A DNA stretch of 64,000 nt from an uncultured Gemmataceae bacterium (GTDB lineage: Bacteria; Planctomycetota; Planctomycetia; Gemmatales; Gemmataceae), in contig CAVVPN010000011.1 in the NCBI GenBank assembly GCA_963750165.1, positions 1,248,001-1,312,000 on the forward strand. The letters run 5' to 3'. Of the stretch, positions 30,315 through 38,157 are shown piece after piece (within the stretch, counting starts at the first letter, position 1; every line of letters begins with the position of its first letter). The notes under the pieces were generated by a model, which was not told the DNA's origin, searched no databases, and was given only the letters and a program-made list of their open reading frames with translations. The translations under genes and the position numbers were made by a program.

Positions 30315-31655
30315 TTACGTATACCGTGAGCCCAGGTATTGCGGTTCGTAGAACGTCGGCAGCAGTCGGTCCACCTGCAGCAGGCCGGCGCGCGTCAGCT
30401 GCACGCTGCCGTTGTGCCGCGTCAGCTGGCCGGCCTGGGCCAGGCTCTCGAAGCCGGCCGCGAACTGCTCGAAAATCTCCACGCCGTACTTCTGCCGGAA
30501 GTACAACGCCTCCAGGTGCCCCGTCTTCAGCTGCAAGATCATCTCGCGGATCAGCCGCTGATGCGGCGGCACCGGCAGCGCCCGGCCCAATGGCAACTCG
30601 CCCTGCTCCAGCGCACCGAGGTACTTCTCCCACGTGTCCACGTTCTGCACGTGGACGCCGCCGACGTGGCCGAACGATGCCACGCCCGTGCCGAACATGT
30701 CCGCCCCGTGCCACAGGCTGTCGCGGTAGACGAAGTTGGTTTTGCTCCGGTCGCGCACCAGCGTGTAGGCGCTGGAGATGTGATAGCCAGCCTTCGTCAT
30801 CTCGTCGAAGGCGTAACTCACCCAGTCGCGCTTGGTCGGCCAGTCCGCGACCGGCGACTGCACCGGCTCGTCCTGACCGACGACGCGCAGTTCCTTGCTG
30901 ATGACCGTGTTGTACGGCAGCTCCATCTGGTAAATGGTCACGCTGTCCGGAGCCAGGGCGATGGTCTTGGCAACGCAGTCGCGCCAGTTCTCCCAGGTTT
31001 CGCCGACCATGCCGGCGATCAGGTCGATGTTGATCTGCTGGAAGTGCAGGGCGCGGGCCCAGTCGTAGGCCCGGAAAATCTCCGCCGACAGGTGGGCGCG
31101 GCCGTTCTCCTCCAGAATCCTGTCGCTGAAGTTTTCGATGCCCAGGCTGAGGCGCGTGACGCCGAGTTCCTTGAGCGTCTCCAGCTTGTGCTGTTGCAGC
31201 GTGCCGGGCTCGCACTCGAACGTGACCTCCGCGGCGTCGCGCCACGGGAGCAGTTTTTGCAGGGAGTCCACCAGGCCGCGCAGCTGCGCGGCGCTCAAAT
31301 AGGAGGGAGTGCCGCCGCCGAAGTAGAAGAAATGCAGCGGCCGGCCACCGACGATGGGCAGACGGCTGTACAGTTCGACTTCCCGGATGAGCGCTTGCAA
31401 GTAGGTTTCGATGTCACGGGCGTTCTTGTCGGTGTAGACGCGGAAGTAGCAGAATTTGCAACGTTTACGGCAAAAGGGGATGTGCAGGTACAGGCCGAGC
31501 GGCGTGTCGGGACGCGGCGGGCCGTTCAGGACGGCGTAAGCGTCGGGCAAAAATTGTGGCTGCCAGGCGGCAAAGGGCGGGTAGTTGGCGACGAAGTAGT
31601 TACCGAGGCCGGTCTGTTCCTGGGTGGCGTGTTGATCGCCCACACTCGTCGTCAT
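30315..31655 (-). CDS. HemN-like (class C) radical SAM enzyme
   Basis: YLHIPFCRKRCKFCYF, YFGGGTPS, ECEP, RLSLG, NIDLIAG, GTGVASFG; lacks the fourth Cys of true HemN. Confidence 0.9.
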   Translation of the reverse strand: MTTSVGDQHATQEQTGLGNYFVANYPPFAAWQPQFLPDAYAVLNGPPRPDTPLGLYLHIPFCRKRCKFCYFRVYTDKNARDIETYLQALIREVELYSRLPIVGGRPLHFFYFGGGTPSYLSAAQLRGLVDSLQKLLPWRDAAEVTFECEPGTLQQHKLETLKELGVTRLSLGIENFSDRILEENGRAHLSAEIFRAYDWARALHFQQINIDLIAGMVGETWENWRDCVAKTIALAPDSVTIYQMELPYNTVISKELRVVGQDEPVQSPVADWPTKRDWVSYAFDEMTKAGYHISSAYTLVRDRSKTNFVYRDSLWHGADMFGTGVASFGHVGGVHVQNVDTWEKYLGALEQGELPLGRALPVPPHQRLIREMILQLKTGHLEALYFRQKYGVEIFEQFAAGFESLAQAGQLTRHNGSVQLTRAGLLQVDRLLPTFYEPQYLGSRYT

Positions 31656-31835
31656 GGTGAGTTACCTGCAAGGTTGGTGGTGGGCGGCATTCCGGGGGGA
31701 GAGCAATTCTCTTCTCATTTTACGGCGGCCCCGCGGTGATGCAAGTAGGCGGAAGGCTGATCCGCCGTCGAAATGGTCCTGTCATCGCCGGAACGTACAA
31801 TGAGCGATGGGGCTGTCCTTTCACGCAGGTGCGCC

Positions 31836-33011
31836 ATGTTTGAAACACTCAGGCGAATGTTGAAGCCCGGCGACCGGGAAGCGGAGTTGCAAAGGCAGCT
31901 GGAAGACCTGCGGGCGAAGACGCCGGTGCCGGTGTTCTGGCTGTTCGGCAAGACGCAGAGCGGCAAGACCTCCACCATCAAATACCTGACTGGTGCCGAC
32001 GAGGCCGAGATCGGCTCGGGCTTTCAGCCGTGTACCCGCTACTCGCGCCGCTACCAGTTCCCGACACCCGAGGCGCCGCTACTGACCTTCCTGGACACGC
32101 GCGGCGTCGATGAGCCGGGCTACGATCCCGTGGAGGACATCGCCCAGTTCAACGCCAGCGCTCACGTGGTCGTCGTCACCGCCAAGGTGATGGACCACGC
32201 CCTGGAGAACGTGGTCAAGAACCTGCGTACCGTCCGCCACAGTGCCCCGGATCGGCCGGTGTTGCTGGTGCTGACATGTCTGCACGAGGCGTATCCGCAG
32301 CAGCAGCACCCCGAGCCGTACCCCTTCACCGCCGAGCCGCCGCTGCCGACGACGCCGCCGCTGACCGAGGGGCTGCTCGCCAGCCTGGACGAACAGAAAC
32401 GCCGCTTCGCGGGGCTGTACGACCGCCTGGTGCCGATTGACCTGACGCAGCCGATTGAGGGCTACACCCAGCCACACTACGGCGGCGAGTACCTGAAGCA
32501 TGTGCTGCTGGAGGCGCTGCCGAGCGCTTACCGGCGGACGCTCATCACGCTGGATGAGGCGACCAAGAACTTGCAGGACCTGTACGCCCGCCATGCGCTG
32601 CCGCACATCCTGGCGTACAGCAGCATTGCCGCCACGGCGGGCGCGATTCCGATCCCGTGGGTGGACATGCTGATCCTGCCCGGCATTCAGACGCGGATGA
32701 TTTACCAGCTGGCACGGCACTATGGCCAGCCGCTGACCGGCGAGCGCTTTCTGGAGTTGGCGGGCACGCTGGGCATGGGCATGCTGGTGCGGCAGGCGGT
32801 GCGCGGCGTGGTGAAGTTCATTCCGGTGGTCGGCTCCGTGGCCGGCGCGGCGCTGGCGGGCTCCAGCACGTATGCGCTGGGCCAGGCCTTCTGCTTCTAC
32901 TACAGCGGCGTCAAGAAGGGTCATGTGCCGAACCCGGAAGACCTCAAACGCTATTACAAGGAACAGTTGGCCAAGGCGGAAGAACTTTGGAAAAAAGGAG
33001 GGAGTCATTAG
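31836..33011 (+). CDS. P-loop GTPase with C-terminal DUF697/YcjF-like hydrophobic domain
   Basis: G1 GKTQSGKTS, G2 PCT, G3 DTRG; AGAIPIPWVD and KFIPVVGSVAGA segments. Confidence 0.85.
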   Translation: MFETLRRMLKPGDREAELQRQLEDLRAKTPVPVFWLFGKTQSGKTSTIKYLTGADEAEIGSGFQPCTRYSRRYQFPTPEAPLLTFLDTRGVDEPGYDPVEDIAQFNASAHVVVVTAKVMDHALENVVKNLRTVRHSAPDRPVLLVLTCLHEAYPQQQHPEPYPFTAEPPLPTTPPLTEGLLASLDEQKRRFAGLYDRLVPIDLTQPIEGYTQPHYGGEYLKHVLLEALPSAYRRTLITLDEATKNLQDLYARHALPHILAYSSIAATAGAIPIPWVDMLILPGIQTRMIYQLARHYGQPLTGERFLELAGTLGMGMLVRQAVRGVVKFIPVVGSVAGAALAGSSTYALGQAFCFYYSGVKKGHVPNPEDLKRYYKEQLAKAEELWKKGGSH

Positions 33012-33196
33012 TCATTAGTCATTAGTCATTGGAGCGGTTCGCAGACGACTGTAGCGGTCGTGTCTTTCGCCCCTTCGGGGCGAAGAACCCGCCACACCCG
33101 AACGCAACGCGCTCAAGTCACGGAGCCGTGCGCTTAACCCGGCGACTGACTACCAATGACTAATGACGAATGACTAATGACTAATGACTAATGACG
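33003..33196. repeat. Inverted heptamer arrays (AGTCATT)n / (AATGACT)n enclosing a collapsed REP-like element
   Basis: Four units at 33003-33030, about six inverted units at 33154-33196; insert 33053-33114 matches the flanks of 4334-4585. Confidence 0.85.
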
Positions 33197-34750
33197 AGAC
33201 ACTGGCGTCTGTTCGTGCTGGGCCTGCTGTTCGCCGCCCCGGTGCTGTTCCTGGTGGGCTACGGTTCCTACTCGGTGTGGCGCGACGGCAGGTCGTGGGT
33301 TTACTGGCCGATCACGCTCACCTTCGTCGGCGCCTACTTCCTGGCGTGGTACTGGCAGCGCAAGCAGCAGCTGGGGCTGCGCCTCGATTACACGCCACCC
33401 ATGCACTGGACCGACCGCGACAACAACGCCTGGAAACTCGTCGAGGCCCGCGCCAGGGCCGCCGACAAGATCGCCCCCGACAAGCTCACCGACTTTCAGT
33501 TCTACATCGACACCGCCAAGGAACTGGCCCAGGAACTGGCCGTGTTCTACCACCCCGGAGCCAGGGACCCCATCGGGGCGCTGACCATTCCCGAACTGCT
33601 GTCCGTGGTGGAGTTGGCGGCGCATGATTTGAACGAGATGGTGCAGCAGTACGTCCCGGCCGGGCACTTGATGCGCGTCAACGACTGGAAGCGCGCCCGC
33701 CAGCTTTCCGACTGGTACAACGTCGCCAACAACGCCTTCTGGATCGTTTCCAGCATCTTCGATCCGGTCAACACTGGTCTGCGGTTCCTCGCCTCGCGGG
33801 CCGGCGTGCAGATGCCCTTCCAGAAACTCCAGCAAAACATCATCCTGTGGTTCTACACCGCCTACGTCCACCGCATGGGCACCTACCTGATCGACCTGAA
33901 CAGCGGCCGGCTCAAGGTCGGTGCGACGCGCTACCGCCAGCTATTGCAGGCGAAGAAGCTGGCGGAGGAGGCGAAGGCCGCGGGCGTACCGCCGCCGGAG
34001 GGGGTGGACGCGGCCGAGGCGGTCCAGCGCGTGACGCTGACCTTCATGGGCCAGGTCAAGGCGGGCAAGTCGAGCCTCATCAACGCGCTGCTCGGCGAAC
34101 AGAAGGCGCGGACGCAGGTGACGCCGACGCCCAACAGTGCTGCCACCTACGAGCTGGACCTGCCCGGCATCGAGACGAAGTTGTTCCTGAACGACACCAC
34201 CGGCTACGGCAACGAGGGGCCGCGCAAGGACGATCTGGCGGAGACGCAGGAAATGGCCCAGCGCTCGGACGTGCTGCTGCTGGTGATGGGCGCCGTCGAT
34301 CCGGGCCGGCAGGCGGACCTGGAAATGCTCAAGGCGCTCAAGGGGTGGTTTGACTCGCGGCCCGATTTGAAGATGCCGCCGGTGCTGGGCGTGATGACGA
34401 AGGTTGACATGCTGTCGCCGATGATGGAGTGGCAGCCGCCGTATGACTGGCAGGCGCCGACGCGGAAAAAAGAGGAGCAGATGGCGCTGGCGATTCAGAC
34501 GGTGCGCGACCAGCTGGGCGATTACCTGGTCGGCGTGGTGCCGGTGTGTGCGCAGGAGGGCAAGGTCTACGGCGTCGAGGAGTGGCTGCTGCCGGCGTTG
34601 ACGAAGTTGCTCGACCAGGCCCATGCGGTGGCGCTGCTGCGCTGCCTGCGCGCCGAGGCGGACACCCACAAGATCCGCAAGGTGTTCGATCAGATTTTCG
34701 CGGCGGGCAAGCAGTCGGCGAAGATTGTGTGGGAGGCGGCGAAGAAGTGA
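33191..34750 (+). CDS. Membrane-anchored Era/MMR_HSR1-like GTPase
   Basis: Two N-terminal hydrophobic helices; G1 GQVKAGKSS, G3 DTTG, G4 TKVD. Confidence 0.85.
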   Translation: MTRHWRLFVLGLLFAAPVLFLVGYGSYSVWRDGRSWVYWPITLTFVGAYFLAWYWQRKQQLGLRLDYTPPMHWTDRDNNAWKLVEARARAADKIAPDKLTDFQFYIDTAKELAQELAVFYHPGARDPIGALTIPELLSVVELAAHDLNEMVQQYVPAGHLMRVNDWKRARQLSDWYNVANNAFWIVSSIFDPVNTGLRFLASRAGVQMPFQKLQQNIILWFYTAYVHRMGTYLIDLNSGRLKVGATRYRQLLQAKKLAEEAKAAGVPPPEGVDAAEAVQRVTLTFMGQVKAGKSSLINALLGEQKARTQVTPTPNSAATYELDLPGIETKLFLNDTTGYGNEGPRKDDLAETQEMAQRSDVLLLVMGAVDPGRQADLEMLKALKGWFDSRPDLKMPPVLGVMTKVDMLSPMMEWQPPYDWQAPTRKKEEQMALAIQTVRDQLGDYLVGVVPVCAQEGKVYGVEEWLLPALTKLLDQAHAVALLRCLRAEADTHKIRKVFDQIFAAGKQSAKIVWEAAKK

Positions 34751-34756
34751 TGGTTT

Positions 34757-34799
34757 TGCCGCTTGCGGCGTAGCGGGGCGCGCTACGCCGCAAACGGCA
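34757..34799. repeat. REP-like hairpin
   Basis: TGCCGCTTGCGGCGTAGCG...CGCTACGCCGCAAACGGCA; same family as 61141-61190. Confidence 0.75.
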
Positions 34800-34807
34800 G
34801 AACAACA

Positions 34808-35815
34808 TTACACGCGCAGGCCGAACCGCCGGCGGTTGTCGTCCTCATCGTCGCGGCGTTTGCGGCTGTTGGACCAGTACACCGCCAGGGCCGCGGCCGT
34901 CGCCAGCTCCGGCGGCAGGTCCAGGCGCAACTCGGCGGCGCCGCCCAGGACGGCGGGGTCGGTGCGCTCGGCGATCAGCGGCGGCGTCTCATCCAGCGCC
35001 GCCGGGAGCCGCACGGGCGGCCGCAGCAGCACCCCCTCATCGAAGTGCCGCGGCGGCACCGGCACGGCCTCCTCCGGCGCGACGGCCTCGTGTGCCTCGG
35101 CGGGCCGGGCCGGCGTGACCGTCGGCTGGTCCAGCAGGGCGTCGAGGTCGTCTCCGGCCGCGGCGGGGTTGCCGTCCGGCGGCACCTCAGAATGGCCGCC
35201 GCCGATGAAGTTCGCCACCAGGATTTCCAGGTCCGCCAGCGTCAGCGGCCCTTCTTGTGGCGTGATGCTGGCTCCCTGGAGCACCGGCGGCAGGTTGTTC
35301 TGCGCGTCCAGCACAACGGGCTGCGAGGCGTCACTGTTCGCGAGCGCCGGCACCAGGCCGAGCTGCGGCGACGTGAAGGACGCCGGCAGCGTGAACGCCA
35401 CGGGCGCGAGGCTGCCGGTGACGCCGCCGGGCAGCTGGCTGTTGAGCACCGCGGCGGCGCCCGGCTGGCCCGGCGTCAAGGTCGCTGGCGTCGTCGGGGT
35501 TGTGCTCAGCCTGCTATTGAGGGCCGCAGTGCTGGAGCCGAACGACGGGGTGAGGACCGGATCCTGCGAGCCGCTCACGGCGGCCCGTGTCGCGGCGGCC
35601 GTGTTCGCGGCAGCAGTGCTGGCGGCCGTGGTCACCGGCTGGGTCGCCAGGGACTGGCTCAGCGCCGGCAGCGCCGGCGCGGTCATCGATCCCAGGTTCA
35701 GCAGGGCGTTGACGGACGCTCCCGAGACGGCGGGTGCGTTGCGGGTCTCCAGTTCCTCGAGCCACGGGATGCGGCGCCCGCGGCGAACGGTCGGACGGCG
35801 GTCGAACCGGATCAT
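34808..35815 (-). CDS. Low-complexity exported hypothetical protein (planctomycete extracellular motif), paralogue 1
   Basis: RRGRRIPWLEELETRNAPA; Ala/Thr/Pro-rich; RBS GGAGGAG. Confidence 0.75.
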   Translation of the reverse strand: MIRFDRRPTVRRGRRIPWLEELETRNAPAVSGASVNALLNLGSMTAPALPALSQSLATQPVTTAASTAAANTAAATRAAVSGSQDPVLTPSFGSSTAALNSRLSTTPTTPATLTPGQPGAAAVLNSQLPGGVTGSLAPVAFTLPASFTSPQLGLVPALANSDASQPVVLDAQNNLPPVLQGASITPQEGPLTLADLEILVANFIGGGHSEVPPDGNPAAAGDDLDALLDQPTVTPARPAEAHEAVAPEEAVPVPPRHFDEGVLLRPPVRLPAALDETPPLIAERTDPAVLGGAAELRLDLPPELATAAALAVYWSNSRKRRDDEDDNRRRFGLRV

Positions 35816-35988
35816 GAAACTGCTCCTCCGACGGGGGATGAGATGAGTGCGCCAGTGTCCACCAGGGCACCGGTATACGGGCAATCGGCTTCCTGCGCGG
35901 GCGAGATTCATTTAATACGATCTCATCCGGAACGTCCAAACGCAAGCGCGAAAACGCAGAAAGCCGGCGGTGTGCGGTAGACGCGGAC

Positions 35989-36030
35989 AAAAAAACCCCG
36001 CGGCCGCATCGCGCGGCCGCGGGGTTCTCG
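35989..36030 (-). terminator. Rho-independent terminator
   Basis: AACCCCGCGGCCGC-loop-GCGGCCGCGGGG followed by a T run on the minus strand, about 30 nt after stop 36060. Confidence 0.75.
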
Positions 36031-36059
36031 GGGGCACCTGGCTCGCACGGGAACCGAAC

Positions 36060-36802
36060 CTATTCCTGCTCCGGCGTGGTCGGGGACTGCGGCGCCGCCG
36101 CTGCCGCCACCTGCGCCACCATCGCCTCCTGATCCTGGTCCTGACCGTCCGCGAGGAACGGGCTCGGCGACGGCCGGGCGGCGTTCCGGGCGCGGGCTGC
36201 TGCTCGACGTGACCGCCGCCGACGAAGTTCGCGGTCAACCGTTGCAGGTCGGCCAGCGTGGGCGGCCCCGACAGCGGCACGATGCTCGAGCCCTGCAAAA
36301 TCGGCGGCAACGAATTCTGGTAATTCAGCCCGATGACCGGCGTCGAGTTGCTCTGCACGACCGCCTCCACCAGGCCGTTCTGCGTCGGCAGGATGGTGGT
36401 CAGTGCGGAGGCCCCCGCCGTCCCCGCCAGCGCCAGCGTGCCAACGGCCAACGACGGCGCCGTCGTCGAGGTGCCGGTGACGATAGTCGGTGTGCCGGCG
36501 CCGGCCCCGGGGTTGGCGAAGCCTCCGGGCGGGGTGCCCAGGGTGATGCCGGACTTCAACGCCTGGGCGATGGGGGTGGAACTCGTGGTCACTGCTTCGA
36601 CGCTCTCAGGCTTGGCATCGGCAACAAGGGGTTGCACCACTGGGGCCGATGTCGTCGGCGGGCTCAGCGCCAACGGCCCGACAAAGCCCAGGGTGGCCGG
36701 GGCGTAGCGGTTTTCCAGTTCCTCCACCCACAGGACGCGGCGCCAGAGGGCACGCGTCGAACTGCGGTGGGGGGCGAACAGGCGGTGATCGAAGCGGATC
36801 AT
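36060..36802 (-). CDS. Low-complexity exported hypothetical protein, paralogue 2; apparent frameshift near 36175
   Basis: RRVLWVEELENRYAPA; RBS GGAGG; alternate frame ends PSPFLADGQDQDQEAM...PEQE* just before the terminator. Confidence 0.7.
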
Positions 36803-36909
36803 GGTAACACCTCCCCCGAAACGGACGGCTCAACTGTACGATGTTCGGAAAGCCACTGGAAAGTCAGGCTCTCGGCCTCCTGCACGAGGTAAGCGATCTG
36901 CCTTTATTT

Positions 36910-36927
36910 TTGCACATCCTGTGCCCG
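36910..36927 (-). promoter_or_regulatory. Sigma54 promoter candidate
   Basis: CGGGCACAGGATGTGCAA (GG-N10-GC), about 110 nt upstream of 36802. Confidence 0.4.
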
Positions 36928-37024
36928 AAAACCAGAGTAATCGGAAAAATTGAACCCCGTTGCCGGTTCGCGCAGTCTGCTACCCGTGCGAATGGCAACG
37001 AGGTTCTCCCATTTCGACGGCTCG

Positions 37025-37426
37025 TTACCGGGCAAGGGCGCCCTGTTGCTCCGCCTCTTCTTGCTCGATCTTGCGGGCGCAGGCGATGCAGTGTCGGGTG
37101 AACGGCAGCGCCTGGAGTCGCTCCAGGCCGATGTGTTGATGGCAGCGCTCGCACTGGCCGTAAGTGCCTTCGTCCAGGCGGCCAACGGCCGCGGCGATCT
37201 CCTCCAGCGTGCGCGTTTTGTTCTCCAGGAAACTGAGCGACAGCTCCTGTTCGTAATGGTCGGTGCCCAGGTCGGCCAGGTGCATGGGCGTGCGCGACAG
37301 GCCGCCGCTGGCGTCGCCGCCGGTGGCCTGCAGCGCCTCCTGGGCCAGGCTGGTTACCTCGCCGTTGAGCCGCCGGCTCAGATTGAGCAACTGGTTGCGA
37401 AAGTTTTCCAGATCGTGGTGGGTCAC
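37025..37426 (-). CDS. TraR/DksA C4-type zinc finger protein
   Basis: HLADLGTD, GTYGQCERC, ERLQALPFTRHCIAC. Confidence 0.9.
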   Translation of the reverse strand: MTHHDLENFRNQLLNLSRRLNGEVTSLAQEALQATGGDASGGLSRTPMHLADLGTDHYEQELSLSFLENKTRTLEEIAAAVGRLDEGTYGQCERCHQHIGLERLQALPFTRHCIACARKIEQEEAEQQGALAR

Positions 37427-37492
37427 GTGGGGTTCTCCTCGTCCGTCCGCGGGGCCAGGTGTGCGGTTTTGGCCTCCGTGGTAAAAAAATGG

Positions 37493-37930
37493 TCACGCCG
37501 GGCGTTCTGGATCACTGCCGATGGTACTGTCGCCGCGATGATCGCCGCCCGGGGCGATGCCCTTGTGGATGTTGTCGCCGGAGGCCCGCAGGCCCGCAGG
37601 CGTACCGCCCACCGCGCCCCCGGAGGGGCCGCCCAGCGGCAGGTCGAGCGGTAGATCGTCCTCTTCTTCTGCGTCCTGCGCGTTGTCGTGAATGCCGGAC
37701 CCCAGGGCGCGTTCCAGGTCGGCGTTGTCGGGGTCGCCATCGCCGACGTTGGTGCCGGCCAAACCGCCGACGGACGAACCACCGCCCGGCGTCCCCGCCG
37801 CGTAGGGGTCGCCGGCATCCCGGCGTTGCCCGAAGCGGTCGGGCTCCGCGGCTGCCAAATCGGTCATGTTGATCTCCACGGGCCGGTCCTGAGGGCCGCC
37901 GGTGGCAGGATCGCGCTGTTTTCTGGCCAT
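37493..37930 (-). CDS. Gly/Asp-rich hydrophilic hypothetical protein
   Basis: 145 aa, RBS GGAGAG, co-oriented upstream of the dksA-like gene. Confidence 0.7.
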   Translation of the reverse strand: MARKQRDPATGGPQDRPVEINMTDLAAAEPDRFGQRRDAGDPYAAGTPGGGSSVGGLAGTNVGDGDPDNADLERALGSGIHDNAQDAEEEDDLPLDLPLGGPSGGAVGGTPAGLRASGDNIHKGIAPGGDHRGDSTIGSDPERPA

Positions 37931-38022
37931 GCCTCGCTCTCCACCAATCGGGTTGACACTGCCGCGCGGAGACGGGCCTGCAGGCTCGCGCGGCAGGATG
38001 AAGGGGACGTGCGATGAATGTT

Positions 38023-38040
38023 ATGCAAATAAGATGCCGC
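38023..38040 (-). promoter_or_regulatory. Sigma54 promoter candidate
   Basis: GCGGCATCTTATTTGCAT (GG-N10-GC with TTGCA), about 95 nt upstream of 37930. Confidence 0.55.
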
Positions 38041-38077
38041 GGGAACGGCGGCCGGGGCGAGAAAAGAACGGAAGGGT

Positions 38078-38137
38078 GTAGCGGAAGTCGCCAGACTTCC
38101 GAGCACCGCTGTTCGGAAGTCTGGCGGCTTCCGCTAC
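38078..38137. repeat. GTAG-type REP doublet
   Basis: Arms near-identical to 27658-27721, with a different spacer. Confidence 0.85.
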
Positions 38138-38157
38138 CCCTGAGAGAACCTCGCGCG

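Noticed and set aside
30315..31655. Calling this gene hemN
   Set aside because: Lacks the CxxxCxxCxC fourth cysteine and has no heme-biosynthesis neighbours
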